A stretch of DNA of 61,819 nucleotides, counting the filler, from Dimorphilus gyrociliatus (taxonomy: Eukaryota; Animalia; Annelida), in assembly GCA_904063045.1 (NCBI GenBank). It is 4 parts of 4 records of this genome, joined end to end, with 100 filler letters (N's around TTAATTAATTAA, not from the genome) between each part and the next. Parts side by side here need not be neighbours in the genome. Positions count along the whole stretch, not along the records: positions 18,459 to 50,221 come from CAJFCJ010000132.1; 3 more parts are not named here. One strand, given 5' to 3'. This document shows positions 24,170 through 36,049 of this stretch, one piece after another. The first letter of the stretch is position 1. The number at the start of each line of letters is the position of its first letter. Made by a program: the position numbers and the translations under genes. The notes beneath the pieces were generated by a model. The model was given only the letters and a program-made list of their open reading frames with translations, was not told the origin of the DNA and ran no database searches.

Positions 24170-27100
24170 TTAAAAGATATTATTGATTATATTTACAAAT
24201 TTTCCCCCAGAAAGTAATGGTAAAGTAAAATCAAAATTACTAGAAGTCACTATGACTTCTCTAGTCTTTGTTTGTATAGTTTTAGCATCTGGAAAATAGG
24301 TTGTTTTATCAATTTTTTCTGGCTCATTTATCACAGTCATATTTATTTTGGGGTCGAGACAAAACATCCCCTGAAGGTATTATATTTTAGGGTTAGGTTT
24401 AGGGCTTAATTAGGGTTAGGAAAAATTCAATTTCATTGATTTTAGTCAAAGTCAGGGGCCAAACTGAAGGTTAGGGACAAAAAAGCAGAAATTACTTTAC
24501 CCACTGTTGGGTTAGAGTTAGGGTAAAAATGCAAAATAGGGGACGTTTTGTCCAGCATCATGGAAATATTTTGTTTACATATTCTCTCAACAAAATCTGG
24601 TGATTTAAATACATATTTGATATATGTTTGCAATATTAAAAATGTAGATGACTTTCTCAATGTAGGATAGTCAGCTAATGTTAAATTTTTTTTTTCGCAA
24701 ATTTTCTTCATTTCTTCTAAATCTGTTAATGTTCTTTCAAATATGAAATAGCAAACATCGTACACCGTAATAACATTTTCACCAATACATTCATCGCTAT
24801 CTCGTTTTGAGCATTCAATTATAAATGGATGCTGTTCTTTACTTGAAATTCTGAAATATATGTTAATTTTTGATGGTTTCAGTTTTGTCAATTATGATTT
24901 TTTTTTCTCTATTCTTTAATTACCTATCAATAAAATTGCATTGTTGAAATGTTAACGCATTTGAACAATTCAAAGTTTTAAAAGAATACAGCGTTTGGAA
25001 GTGTTTATTGGATACAGGATTCAAAACTGTTCCATAGTTGAAACCATAAAAAGAGCATATCTTCATAGTGTTAAAATAGTTCAAATACTTAAAGTTATGC
25101 CAATTTTCATTTATGATAAATATTTGTGGAACGCCTCTAAGAATTTTATAATCGTTTTCAATTGACTTTTCATTAAAATACGCTATTGAGTCATATCCTA
25201 GCAATCTGAAAGCTTAAAATTTAAACATACGAACATTATTGGCCAATATTTGTATTATGTAATAGTTACTCAAATTGGTGAATGGTTCAATGCAGGCAAA
25301 AGTCAGTAGATCAATGGTAGCCATTTTTTTGAAGATATATGACAATTTACATAGGCTATTTTGGTTATTTGCCTGAAAGCATCTATGAAAATATGGAAGC
25401 TGCAATCATTGTATTAAGCCTTTTAGTTAGTAAATAAATAGTATTGACAGGATTGAAAAATGGCCAGAATTGGATTGAAAAAATATGTTTAGATATTAAC
25501 AATGAAAAGTTTAATAATACGATATCAAATTTTTCATTGTTAATATATTTGATTATAGATTTATTATTATGTACAAAAAATGACTGCCATTAACCAAGGC
25601 TGGCAACTTTTAGCCTATGGAATACATACATCAGATTTTATACTTGTCTTGAAACAACTAAATAAATCATTGATTTTTGATAATTTTTGGCACAGAGAAT
25701 TGCAAAACATCTCAAAGTTTGAATCACTTTCTACCAATGGATATATTAGACCATAAGTTTTTGAATTAAGGAAATATTCAAAATGACTATTTCCTATTGT
25801 TTTTATTTCAAAAGGCAAATTTTGAGCATTTCCAGTTGGCTTCACCTCAAATTCTAGATTGTTATTAGGGTATACGAGTATTGGTTTTATTGAATTTTGT
25901 ATGATAAAAACCTTTCAAATCATCAAAATTGCATAAAAATTTCTTTTGGTACAATTCCCATTTAAATTTGATGAAATGTTTTGTTTCATTTTTGCCCATT
26001 AAAATGACATCATCGCCGTCAGTTAAATAATTAATTCTTTCTGTAATAAATTGAGATTTTTCACAAAGATATCGATGGTAATGTTCGTATTCATTAATGA
26101 AGATGGGAAAAATTGTACTATTAGTTTTAAAGTACAAATGATAGTCTTCGTTTTGCAAGGCTACAAAATAATCTAAACAGAGGAGAAACAAATTATATGG
26201 GGAGAAATCAATACGACAATGTAGGTTTACGAACATGACTCATTTCGTTTAAAACACTTTATATACGTCTCTTGATAAGTCACGTGATTCCTTGAAACTC
26301 TTGAAATAGTTGAAAGGATTAATTGTTGAGTTTATTTGAAATCGTTTTAAAAAAAAAAAAAAAAAAAACATTTACAGATTTTCAAAATATGCACTTGCAA
26401 TTATTGCTGTAAAATTACTTGAATTTTTGAATTTTGAATACATTGAGTAAGAATGATAATCATCGTATCCAAGAAATTTACAAATTGTATTTGTGAGTGA
26501 AACAGGATTGTCATTGTACTGTAAAACTCTTAGGAAACTTTCATTTTTTACTTGAACAAAAACTTTTCCAATAATTGAAAATTCGTCTTCTTTGTAAACT
26601 TGAATGGAAAAATTTACATGCGAAATATTGTATTTAACTAGAACTTTAATAATAGAAGCATTATTAGTGAAAGAGATTAATTTTGTTTGAATTTTACAAA
26701 CCATTTTCAAGTTTTGGTTTACAGACTGCATCATAAACTTTTCCAAATGTTTGATAACGATGAGTTATATAATAGCAATTATTAACTTGAATTTTATCTT
26801 TTTTCATTGAACAACCTTTGAAGATATGTATTGACTGTTTTGTTTATTATTTCTCTATTAATTCAATTATATGGATGAGATTAATAGAAACCTTTATATT
26901 TCCCCTTTCATTACAAGTATCTAGACCATTATTTTTCATCATTGTATTACATATGTATAGACAGGCATTAATCTTAGTTACACTGTTATGAAACACATAT
27001 GGAATAGGAATTAAAGATTTTGTGAGAGTAATGTAGTTTTCATGGTAGGACCCAAAGAAATAGCTAGTCTCAATTTTCATATCCCTGACTAGTTTATTTT

Positions 27101-27910
27101 CTAAATCTGTTAATGTAAAAATTATAGACGTTAATACTATTTAGAAAAAACTGAATTACAACAAAAGTAATACTTAACATCTAACTCTGAATAAAAACAC
27201 TTTTGAACAGATTCATTCAATGATCGTTGATTTATGACAATTCTTTCATTCTTATATAATGACACAGAATATATTTTGTTTATATACTTTGCAATGGATT
27301 GATTTTCTCTTAAAGAGAACAAAGTATTTTTACACATTTCCTTCCTTCGTTTTTCTTCTAAATAATCAACTTGAAATAGAGATTCATTTAACCTATAGTA
27401 AAGGGTAAAAATACTTTTCTCCTGCAATACCGCAATAACATCTGGAATGAAAAAGCTGAATTATTTTTTTCTTCTAAACAAAAACAAAATTGAAATAAGC
27501 TGACAATGTAGAATAGTATTTTTAAAGCACTTTAAAACACTTCCGGAACATGCACTGTATTTTTGAACCTCAAATTCTGATACATTGTTTCTTATAAACC
27601 AATAACAGCAAACTTTCTTTTCGGTTTTGGCACTTCTGGCGAAATAATAGAAAGTATCATATCCATATTTTTTGCAAAGATTTTTCAAAGGTGTCCCATG
27701 AAAGAATGGATTTATATAATCAACAGGGTCAAATTCAGCATAGATAATAGGATATTTCTGGCTTGTATTGGCTCTTTTAATAAAGAGACTGCCAACAACA
27801 AATTCATTAGTTTCTTCGAAAATGTCATAAACAGTTATTCCATTGAAATATTCAACTGTTTTAACAGTAGTTGGAAAATATGTTAAAACCACAACTATCA
27901 ACTTTAACAT
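24170..27910 (-). CDS. Multi-exon secreted mosaic ectodomain (divergent SRCR-, C-type-lectin- and PAN-like modules), probably the 5' part of the GPCR at 20567-23815
   Basis: Signal-peptide-like MLKLIVVVLTYFPTTVKT at 27910. SRCR-like LCKKYGY, ICKFLGY and ICSFYGF motifs; CTL-like DVCYFIFE...KKICEKKNLTLA. Co-directional ORFs separated by short AT-rich introns. Joining to the GPCR is inferred. Confidence 0.45.
24350..24559. mobile_element. Related MITE copy, no TSD
   Basis: GGGGTCGAGACAAAACATCCCC ... GGGGACGTTTTGTCCAGCATC with internal GGTTAGGG motifs. Flanks do not match. Confidence 0.6.
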
Positions 27911-28569
27911 GTAAATAAAACTATAATTGTTAACAGTGATTCTGTTGAAATCATCATCTATTTTCTTGATTTTGCCCATAAAGAATTGTTTAATATTTAT
28001 CTTTAATCACATTTGTCTTTCAATTACACTTGTTTTAAATGAAAAGAAATTTATCTCCAGTTTTATTGTCATGTTTTTAATTAAGAAAATATTTTAATAA
28101 CTTTCTAAAAATTAAATATTTTTCTCACCTTCCTATTTTCTTTTTATTGATTTTATGGAAATTCTTATTCTTTTACAATATTCAACAATTTTAAACATTT
28201 AACTAAAATCAACTTTTTACTCTTTATTACACAAAATTCAATATTCATATATAGAAAGCTAAACAATTTCATAGGAAAGACACTCTTTACATTCATAAAT
28301 TTGTTATCTTTCTTAGCTCTTCATTCAATCAAATTTTCTTGTAGAGTTTCCTTAACATCTGAAGGATTAGAAAAAGAACTCTCTGAAACTGGTTCTTACA
28401 TCTTTCCATCCACACAGTAAAAGTCTGCAAATAGGAATAAGCTACAATCACAACTTACTCAATGACAATATAGAGATACAGAATGAGGTAAAAAGGTATA
28501 ACTCATAGTTTTGAAATTGCAACCAATGAATATAGCATTTATAAAGATGAACTCAACTGTCTATCACAA

Positions 28570-28880
28570 AGGTTCTTGTGATTTGAATGATAGAACAGTT
28601 TAATATCTTGGTGAAGTAATTCAAAATTGTAGTTCATTAAAAATATTTCTCTATATTCTATGATAGACAAGCAAATTGGCTTGGAGAGACATTTAAAAAC
28701 TGTTCTTCATTAAAACATATAGATTTATCTTCAAAGGATAATCTAGGAAATGGATTTAAATCAATTTGTGATGGTCAGAACTTATCATGCATCAAAATTG
28801 AACTGATTAGTCTATCATCTTGTAATTTAGATAATCAACAATCAATGTGTTTAACAGAAAAATTTCTGTCCCATTCATTA
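28570..28880 (+). pseudogene. RI-like LRR remnant
   Basis: Conceptual translation LGETFKNCSSLKHIDLSSKDNLGNGFKSICDG...SSCNLDNQQS, with flanking stops and frameshifts. Confidence 0.65.
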
Positions 28881-28980
28881 GTTCTATTTCTAATCTGATA
28901 AATTCATAGAGTGGTTAGCATTAATATCAACAAAGTGATAGGTGTAGCAAAAATTGTGTTGGATTGAACTAGTATTTATC

Positions 28981-29470
28981 CTAAGATCCTTTATTTTTTT
29001 TACATTTTAAACATTCACCAACATGAGCACATAATCCAGAGCTAGCAATAGGACATGAAACACATTCTGATTCATCATCTTTCAGAACAAAGCTAGCACT
29101 ACAAGTAAGACATTTTTCTTTCAGCAAACTTGATTTGGAAGTGCAGGTTTTGCAATTTGCAAAAGTAACATCAGAGCAAAGCCTACAGATTCCATCACTT
29201 TGAAGGGAGTGTTGGTTTGATTCACACTCTGTGCAAATTGCTTTTCTTTCAGAGTGAGCAATGCATGTTTTACAATTGGATGGACAAATTATACATTGGC
29301 CATCTGACATTTTTGCATAGCCATCATAACCCTTTGAACATTCATATCTCTTATTATAAGAGCATTCACTACAGTGCAATGGACATTTTCCACAATTATT
29401 TCCATTTACATAAAATTTATCTGCACACTTATCACAAACAATAGATTTTCCATCAAACAGACAATTTTCA
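28981..29470 (-). CDS. Furin-like cysteine-rich repeat fragment
   Basis: Repeated CxxCPSNCKTC / CxxC motifs. 5' side cut by the MITE at 29471. Confidence 0.55.
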
Positions 29471-29677
29471 GGATGTGAAAGAAAACATCCACAAATCAGT
29501 GCTTTTACTCTAACCCTATCCCAGCCCTTGGCTGTACCTAACCTTTTGCATTACCCCTAACACTTAGAGGAGACCCTTCTAAGTACAAATCAGTTGCTGT
29601 CTTCTTCTTCTTAACCATTTTTTAATCCAAAATCTAGTCTTGAAATTTCTCATCTGTGGACATTTCCTGTCGACCCC
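29471..29677. mobile_element. MULE-type MITE, both TIRs, no TSD
   Basis: GGATGTGAAAGAAAACATCC ... GGACATTTCCTGTCGACCCC. Flanks CAATTTTCA and TAAAAGCTC differ. Confidence 0.85.
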
Positions 29678-30544
29678 TAAAAGCTCTATGACATCTAGAG
29701 GAAAACTCAGGGGATTTTAAAAATTTTTTATACCTTATTCATATACATGGAAGATTGAATATTTGTTCACTTATCTATTATTCAAAGCTCTACCTAAAAT
29801 GTTATTAATAATATATCTATCAGACAGAAATTGGCAACTAAAGGAATTATTAAGTAATCACAAAGGAAGAAGCAAACTGAGGGGACTGGGAGAAAATGGC
29901 TATAATTGAGAGAAAACACACCATTGGTGTAGGGGGAAAAATTATTACCACTGTTATCCAGTTACATCACTCTCATTCATTTACTGATCTATACTACTAA
30001 CAGTCATGCCTCTCTCTGGAGGAAAATATGTTAAACAAAAAAACTTCAACTAAAGACAAATATCCATGTCTTGCAGAAAATGGTTTAGACTTTAATGAAC
30101 AGACTACTGAGCTTGTAATGCAAGGAGCAAATATCATTGTCAAAACTTGTATATCTTCCTTGTGGTGATGATGATGATGTCAATTGTTTAAATTGAACTT
30201 TTATATCATAATTTTATTATTCAAGCATTCAATAATCTGTTTTCTTACTTTTGTATTTTATACGAACAAATAGGCTTATATAAAGAAAATAAAAAAATTT
30301 TTTTTAATCATTGATTAACAAGGATGATTTTTCAAGACAAAATTATCAAAAATCAATTTTTCATTATCCAAAGAAATTTCATCAAAGTTCAATCTAATCT
30401 GTATCGTATCTTTTGAAATTACCAATTTTGAACAATCTTTAAATGTTGATGTACAACTGTTTTTAAAAAATAAATAAATAAATAAAAATTATTTTGTAAA
30501 AACTTTAATTTTAAATATCAAATTTACCTTAAAATCCAATGATT

Positions 30545-31260
30545 GTGCACTTAGAAACATCAACATAATAATATTTAGACTTAGATATTATAGAACTTTA
30601 GAAAGGCTTTTATTTCATAGCAATTATAATGGTGGAAGTTTAGAAAGACATTCATTTAGTAGAAATAGAGCCTAGAACTTTAAAAAGGCTTTTATTTCAT
30701 AGGAAACATATTCTTTGACCAAAAACAGATGTTGCATTATAGAATTAACAATGGAACAAACAATATAGAAAAAATGCATGTCAAACTTGTTACATCTTAT
30801 TCAAAAACAGATGCCAAAGAGGCAGGCTTGTTTTTGCAGTGACACATGTTAGCCAGAAGTGATGCAATAGTTTTTCATGTCTTTGTTATATGTGCATTGT
30901 GAGACTGTTATATTTCAACTTCGTAATCTTTTGACCAAGTGAACCCAAGCTTTGGTAAATGTATAAAAGGAAATGCATTTCCTCAGTTCGTCAGTTCAGT
31001 TTTAACTGTTAGCTAGTTGTTTGAACTTGCTTGTTTAGAACTAAAACTCATTATACTCAATACATACTCTTTGCACGAAATACTGGCAGTTCATTGATTA
31101 ATTTTTGCTGGAATTGAGTTCATTGAGACTTCCTGTGGGATGAACTTGAAAAGTTCTATTTGGACCAGTACTTTGGTTTATTGGTAAATGATTGGTGAGG
31201 ACAAATACTGTTAAGAAGAAGCAGAAATTCCTACAATAACAATACAACACAGTACAATTT
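30545..31260 (+). repeat. LTR-like dispersed repeat (modules D+B)
   Basis: Matches ~42760-43530. Short tandem subrepeats, then TATAAAAG and TCAGTT motifs. Confidence 0.75.
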
Positions 31261-31534
31261 GAATTTTGAATATAAACCTAATGGATGAAATTTTAAATCA
31301 AAACATAATGTTTTCTAATTTCTTTTTTAAAAATTATACTGAACTGAAATAAGCTGTTTGTATGAGAATTTAACTGCTATATTTAGACAAAAATATTCTT
31401 CAATATTTTCAAGAAATTTAGTTTTAATAGTAAAGTATTTATATCCTGAAAATCCATTCCAAAAATGTTTAAATTCACCTGGAAAAAATTCTCCATCTCT
31501 GTATTACTGCCCTTTTTTTTCTATTTTTGTCTAA

Positions 31535-32575
31535 CTAATACTTACAATTTATAATATCCCTTCTTGGATATGTTTTTGGTTTAAAAAATTCATATGAATA
31601 AACTTTAAATGTCATATTACAAAAATTTTTTGAAAAATTACAATAAAATTGATAATTTGATTGCATTTTTTGAAAGGGAAAATATCTTGAATAAAATTGT
31701 GAAAAAGTTTTTGTACAGTGATTTTCATTGTTTGTATAACTTGTTTTAGGAGTTTTCCATATATTTCCAACAGATATAGATTTTATTTTAATTCTATCTA
31801 TCATAGGTTTTGCTTTGACATTTCTAGTTAGATCATCAACATATTTTGAAATAACATTATTAGTTAATCTATCATTTCTTGGTATAGTTATTGTTTGAAT
31901 ATGTAATTTTGCTTTAACAGCAATTCCACTTTTGAATTCATCTTGTCTGAATTTTAAATTATTTAAATATTGTATTGAATGATTAGAGTCGATTTTTAGA
32001 AACTGTTGGAAAAAATACAATAAATCAAATTTTGTATAATTCTGACCTTTCATTTATCAATTCAGTATTAAATTTTCTATCAATTTTCAAATCAATATCA
32101 AACAGCTGAAAAGATAAAGAAAAAAAAATAAGATTTTTGAAAAGAAAATGATTTTTTTTTACTGTTATTCCAACAAGATTCATTTAGAAATTGAATATTG
32201 CCAATAGTAACTATTAAATGAGATTCATAACTAAAATCCATAAATTTAAATTTCATCTTAAATAAATGAAAAAACAAAAATAATTTTTAACAAAAATTTT
32301 ATCAATTCAAAAATCATACTAACCTGAACAAAATAACCTGGTATGAAAAATTTCCAGCTATCTTTACAAATTCTTACAGTTTTTAATCTTTCAAATTTTG
32401 TCTTTAGATTATTTCTACCAAATAATTCAAAATCAAGAAAGGAATAGCGTTCATCAAGACCAGTTATTTGAGTGAAATGTAAACATTTTTCAAAATATGT
32501 AAAACTCAGGAAAGGTGTGATAATTTCAGAAAAATTGTCCTGGTAATTCCACTTGTGATGCCTGAAAATTGTCAA
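31535..32575 (-). CDS. Unassigned exon-like ORFs (possible further exons ~30290-30460 and ~32670-32900)
   Basis: ORFs of 172 aa and 105 aa, co-directional and separated by intron-like sequence. No family recognised. Confidence 0.3.
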
Positions 32576-32936
32576 TGAAACATTTCCACCTAAAAATATT
32601 TATAATGTTTTTTTTGTGTTTGTTTAAATCATTTTAATGTTTTGTTTCTTACCATCTGGTTTTATTTTGTTGTCTTTTCGAAAATATGCTAAATGTCCAC
32701 TTTCCCACGAATTTCTGAGTTGGAAACTGCAGAAATTATTATATATACAATTTTCTTGTTGATCTAATAAAAAAGTTATTTGTTATTTCTTTATTTGCTA
32801 CATCAAGTATCTTTCTTTTTTTACCCATTTTTAAATCTATACAAGTTCTGGCTGATATTCCAATTTCATTGATTAGAAATTGTTCAGGATTTTCAAAGTT
32901 AAAAACTTTGAAATAAATCTAAATAATAAGTGACAA

Positions 32937-33511
32937 TGTACTTTCCTGCTGAGGTTGTAGGTAAGTACTGGTTCAAATAGAACTGAACCAGGAGTAAGCC
33001 ACTTAGAAGAGAGATGTAGAATTGATGAAGGATGAATATAGAACCAAACCGTAAGAATAATATAACTGTATTCTAAAGTAATACTAGGCCTGTTCACTAA
33101 GGGAGGTGATTCAGGACTGAATGCCTGTTACTGCCTACACCCTGCTTTTATACAATTCCTTATCAGTTGTTTATGCCTTGGCTGTCAACAACAAGGGTCT
33201 AACCCCAGATAAGGATTGTTCACAACAAACAGGGTTGAGGGTTATCATATTATGTAATAGTGATGTAAACAACAACAACTTTGTGTAGGTTACCCATCAA
33301 GGGTCAATTCTTACATCATATTTATGTAAATAAACACTTGTTGTTGTTGTCAACATGTTTGTTATGTAACTTCTTATCCTTTGCCTATAAAAGGGGTTGA
33401 TTCTGGCAGTTGGGTACCATCTATCCTAGAGGCAACATCTACTTCAAAACTTCTACCATATAGTAAATATCATTTATAAAATATCTATAAACTATAGTTC
33501 ATAAGTGTACA
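32937..33511 (-). mobile_element. LTR (575 bp, TGTAC...GTACA), reverse orientation
   Basis: Reverse complement of 38842-39412, with about 15 mismatches by manual count (~97%). No TSD, PPT or PBS adjacent. Confidence 0.92.
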
Positions 33512-33593
33512 ATGGCATTATTAGAACAGTGAGAAAAGTATATATTTCCAAAATTGTTTAGTAGTTAATACAGTTATATTTTAGATATTGTTG

Positions 33594-34970
33594 TTATTGG
33601 TTTTTGTCTTCTTCCTCTTCTTCTTCCTCCTCTTCATCTTCTTCTTCATTTTCTTCTTCATCTACATATAATAATAATCCTGATACAAATATTTCCCTCA
33701 CTAATGTATACAATTCAACATCATTGAATAAAAAGAAATCTGAAATGTTTGGATGAACATACACATCTTGATTAACTTGCAAGCAAATTAATTCTGTTTG
33801 ATTAGCTAGAAAATTTTTTAATAATGTTATTCCAGGTTCAATCTGCAATGACCAAGAACAAAATTTTAACTTTTTCACCTTTGGACAGTTTTCAGATTCA
33901 AAAAAATTTCTCCAAGGAAATTCAAAGGCAAAACAATTTGAATTGTGCAATAATGCCAATTTAATCAATGATTTTTGAGATGTAATAAAATCAATCATAA
34001 ATTCAGTGATCAATTTACATTTGAATGTTAATTTTTTTAAGTTGGTTATTGGAGAGATTTTATGAAAAAATTCATCAAAATCCTCCAAATTTACCCAACA
34101 AAAATTTAAGTGTAAATTTTCTAAAGATTTTTGTTTGAGAAGAAAATCTCCAAATTCCAAAAATGATTCTCTTGCTGTAAATTCTACATCAATTTTCTTC
34201 AAAGGCAATTCACCTATATCAAAACAAGACAAAAATACTTTTGGATTAAGTTCCAAAGGTTTTTGGCAATGAATAGTCAATTTTTCAAGATTTTTATTCC
34301 TTGATAAAGGGGCTAGAAGAATGTGAACAGGAATTACTTTTGTATTATTTTCATCACTCCTGAATGTATCCATTCCATGATTTTTAATTGAATCTTTTAA
34401 AGTATTAATAGAGAAATCAGTCTCAATACAAGAAACATTTGATAAGATAAAACTGGTTAATTGCTCTTGAGCCAAGAATACTAATGAAAATGCTATCATA
34501 TGAGAAGCATAGAGCATACATTTTTCTAAACGAAGAATTTTCAAATTTTTCATTGATGAAAATATTTCATGATCAATTATTTTTGTAAAAATAGATTCAG
34601 AATCTGTAAATGTAACTTCCAATTCTTCTATATCATTCAACTTGACATTGCCTAATATTTCATCAAATTTTGAAATATTATTTAATTTTAATACTTTTAT
34701 TGGTTGATTCATTAGAAAATTAAAGTTAACAAATTTACTTTCATCATCTTCTGTCAATGAAAATATTGTTAAGGTTGAATATTCTAATTTGAAGATTTCT
34801 AGTTGATTTTCCTCCATTTTATTGGTATTTTCTTTACAAAATTCAAACAGATTATTTATTATAGTGGAAGGTACTGACATTGCATTTTGTTTACAGAATT
34901 TAGCTTGAATATCAATTGAATTGTATATTGCTAACAGAGAAAATTCACTTAGACTTTTGAAAGGCATCAT
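33594..34970 (-). CDS. Intronless LRR protein with N-terminal BC-box/cullin-box-like motif and acidic tail
   Basis: Intact 458-aa ORF. PFKSLSEFSLLAI...VPSTIINNLF, then degenerate LRRs (LKILRLEKC, LEKLTIHC, LENLHLNFC, LKKLTFKC), then an EEENEEEDEEEEEEEED tail. Confidence 0.7.
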   Translation of the reverse strand: MMPFKSLSEFSLLAIYNSIDIQAKFCKQNAMSVPSTIINNLFEFCKENTNKMEENQLEIFKLEYSTLTIFSLTEDDESKFVNFNFLMNQPIKVLKLNNISKFDEILGNVKLNDIEELEVTFTDSESIFTKIIDHEIFSSMKNLKILRLEKCMLYASHMIAFSLVFLAQEQLTSFILSNVSCIETDFSINTLKDSIKNHGMDTFRSDENNTKVIPVHILLAPLSRNKNLEKLTIHCQKPLELNPKVFLSCFDIGELPLKKIDVEFTARESFLEFGDFLLKQKSLENLHLNFCWVNLEDFDEFFHKISPITNLKKLTFKCKLITEFMIDFITSQKSLIKLALLHNSNCFAFEFPWRNFFESENCPKVKKLKFCSWSLQIEPGITLLKNFLANQTELICLQVNQDVYVHPNISDFFLFNDVELYTLVREIFVSGLLLYVDEEENEEEDEEEEEEEEEDKNQ

Positions 34971-35806
34971 AAATCAAAAATTCAAGTCAACAGTAGAGAT
35001 TTCTTGACTGATAATTGCTAAAAACAAGCTAGAGTCAGAGAGAGTGACAGAGTAAAAATCTACAAAAAATGGTTTAACCATACCCACCCCACACTTACAA
35101 CCTCAAAATTATGGTTATAAATAGTGAATACCTCCAACAGGCCAAGTAGAATTATGATTCAGTAGCTGTAGCATTAACATATTATACAAACAAAAGAATG
35201 AATATTTTAAAGAAAATTTCAGGCAAATCAGAGCAGTTTGAAATTCACTGTATATTTAGTGTTCACCTTGAATTCACACATTACCAATAAGGTGATTTAG
35301 TGAAATTATGAGGGATTCATTAGTATCAACCTTTTAGTTTACCAAACTTGTCAATAATTGGTCTGGTGGTGGTCAAATTAGTGTTTTTTCCACTCACATG
35401 ATAAAGGATTAAAAAAATTCAAAATATTGTAAGTTAGAATACTGAATTGCAGGCTCTTTTCCCTCTTGTTAAAACTTTAAGATACAAAGAAAGCTTTAAC
35501 TAGGAGCTGTTACTTTAGATATTAGTTCCTAGACTTAATAAGTCTAAATGTAATTGTTAGTGAGTCTATGATTGGCAAAATCTAAGTCTAACCATATTTA
35601 AGACATACATAGCAATCTTTTGAAGGATGAGTACAATAATTGGCCCAGTAAATGGCCACAGACAATGTTTGAAAGAGATGTCTAACTGATATCACACTTT
35701 CAATAAAACTCCAGTATTTGATATATATTAGGTATGATCTAAATTTCCAGATAGTGTAGACTCAGATATAGAAATTCCTGATTCAGATACTGGCTATGAT
35801 ACAAGA

Positions 35807-35935
35807 GGATGTTGTTGAAAATACCCACAGTTTTGTGGTTTCACCCTAATGCTAACCCAGCCCTAACCTTAGTTTGAACCCACCTAATTACAAATCAAAA
35901 TATTTTTCCTAATCCATTCCCAACCCAAAATCTCA
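35807..35935. mobile_element. Partial, degraded MITE
   Basis: GGATGTTGTTGAAAATACCCAC...CACCCTAATGCTAACCCAGCCCTAACC. Confidence 0.55.
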
Positions 35936-36049
35936 ACCCAAAATAACTCCAAAAAATATTTTGATAAAAGCAATACTTGTGGTATCAAGCATGGTTTATA
36001 AGGGATTCTATGGTGTTGATTCATATAGTAATTATACAAAATAACAGTA

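Noticed and set aside
35630-35690. Plus-strand IIGPVNGH resembling integrase IIGPLNGH
   Set aside because: Similarity does not extend and is flanked by stops; probably chance.
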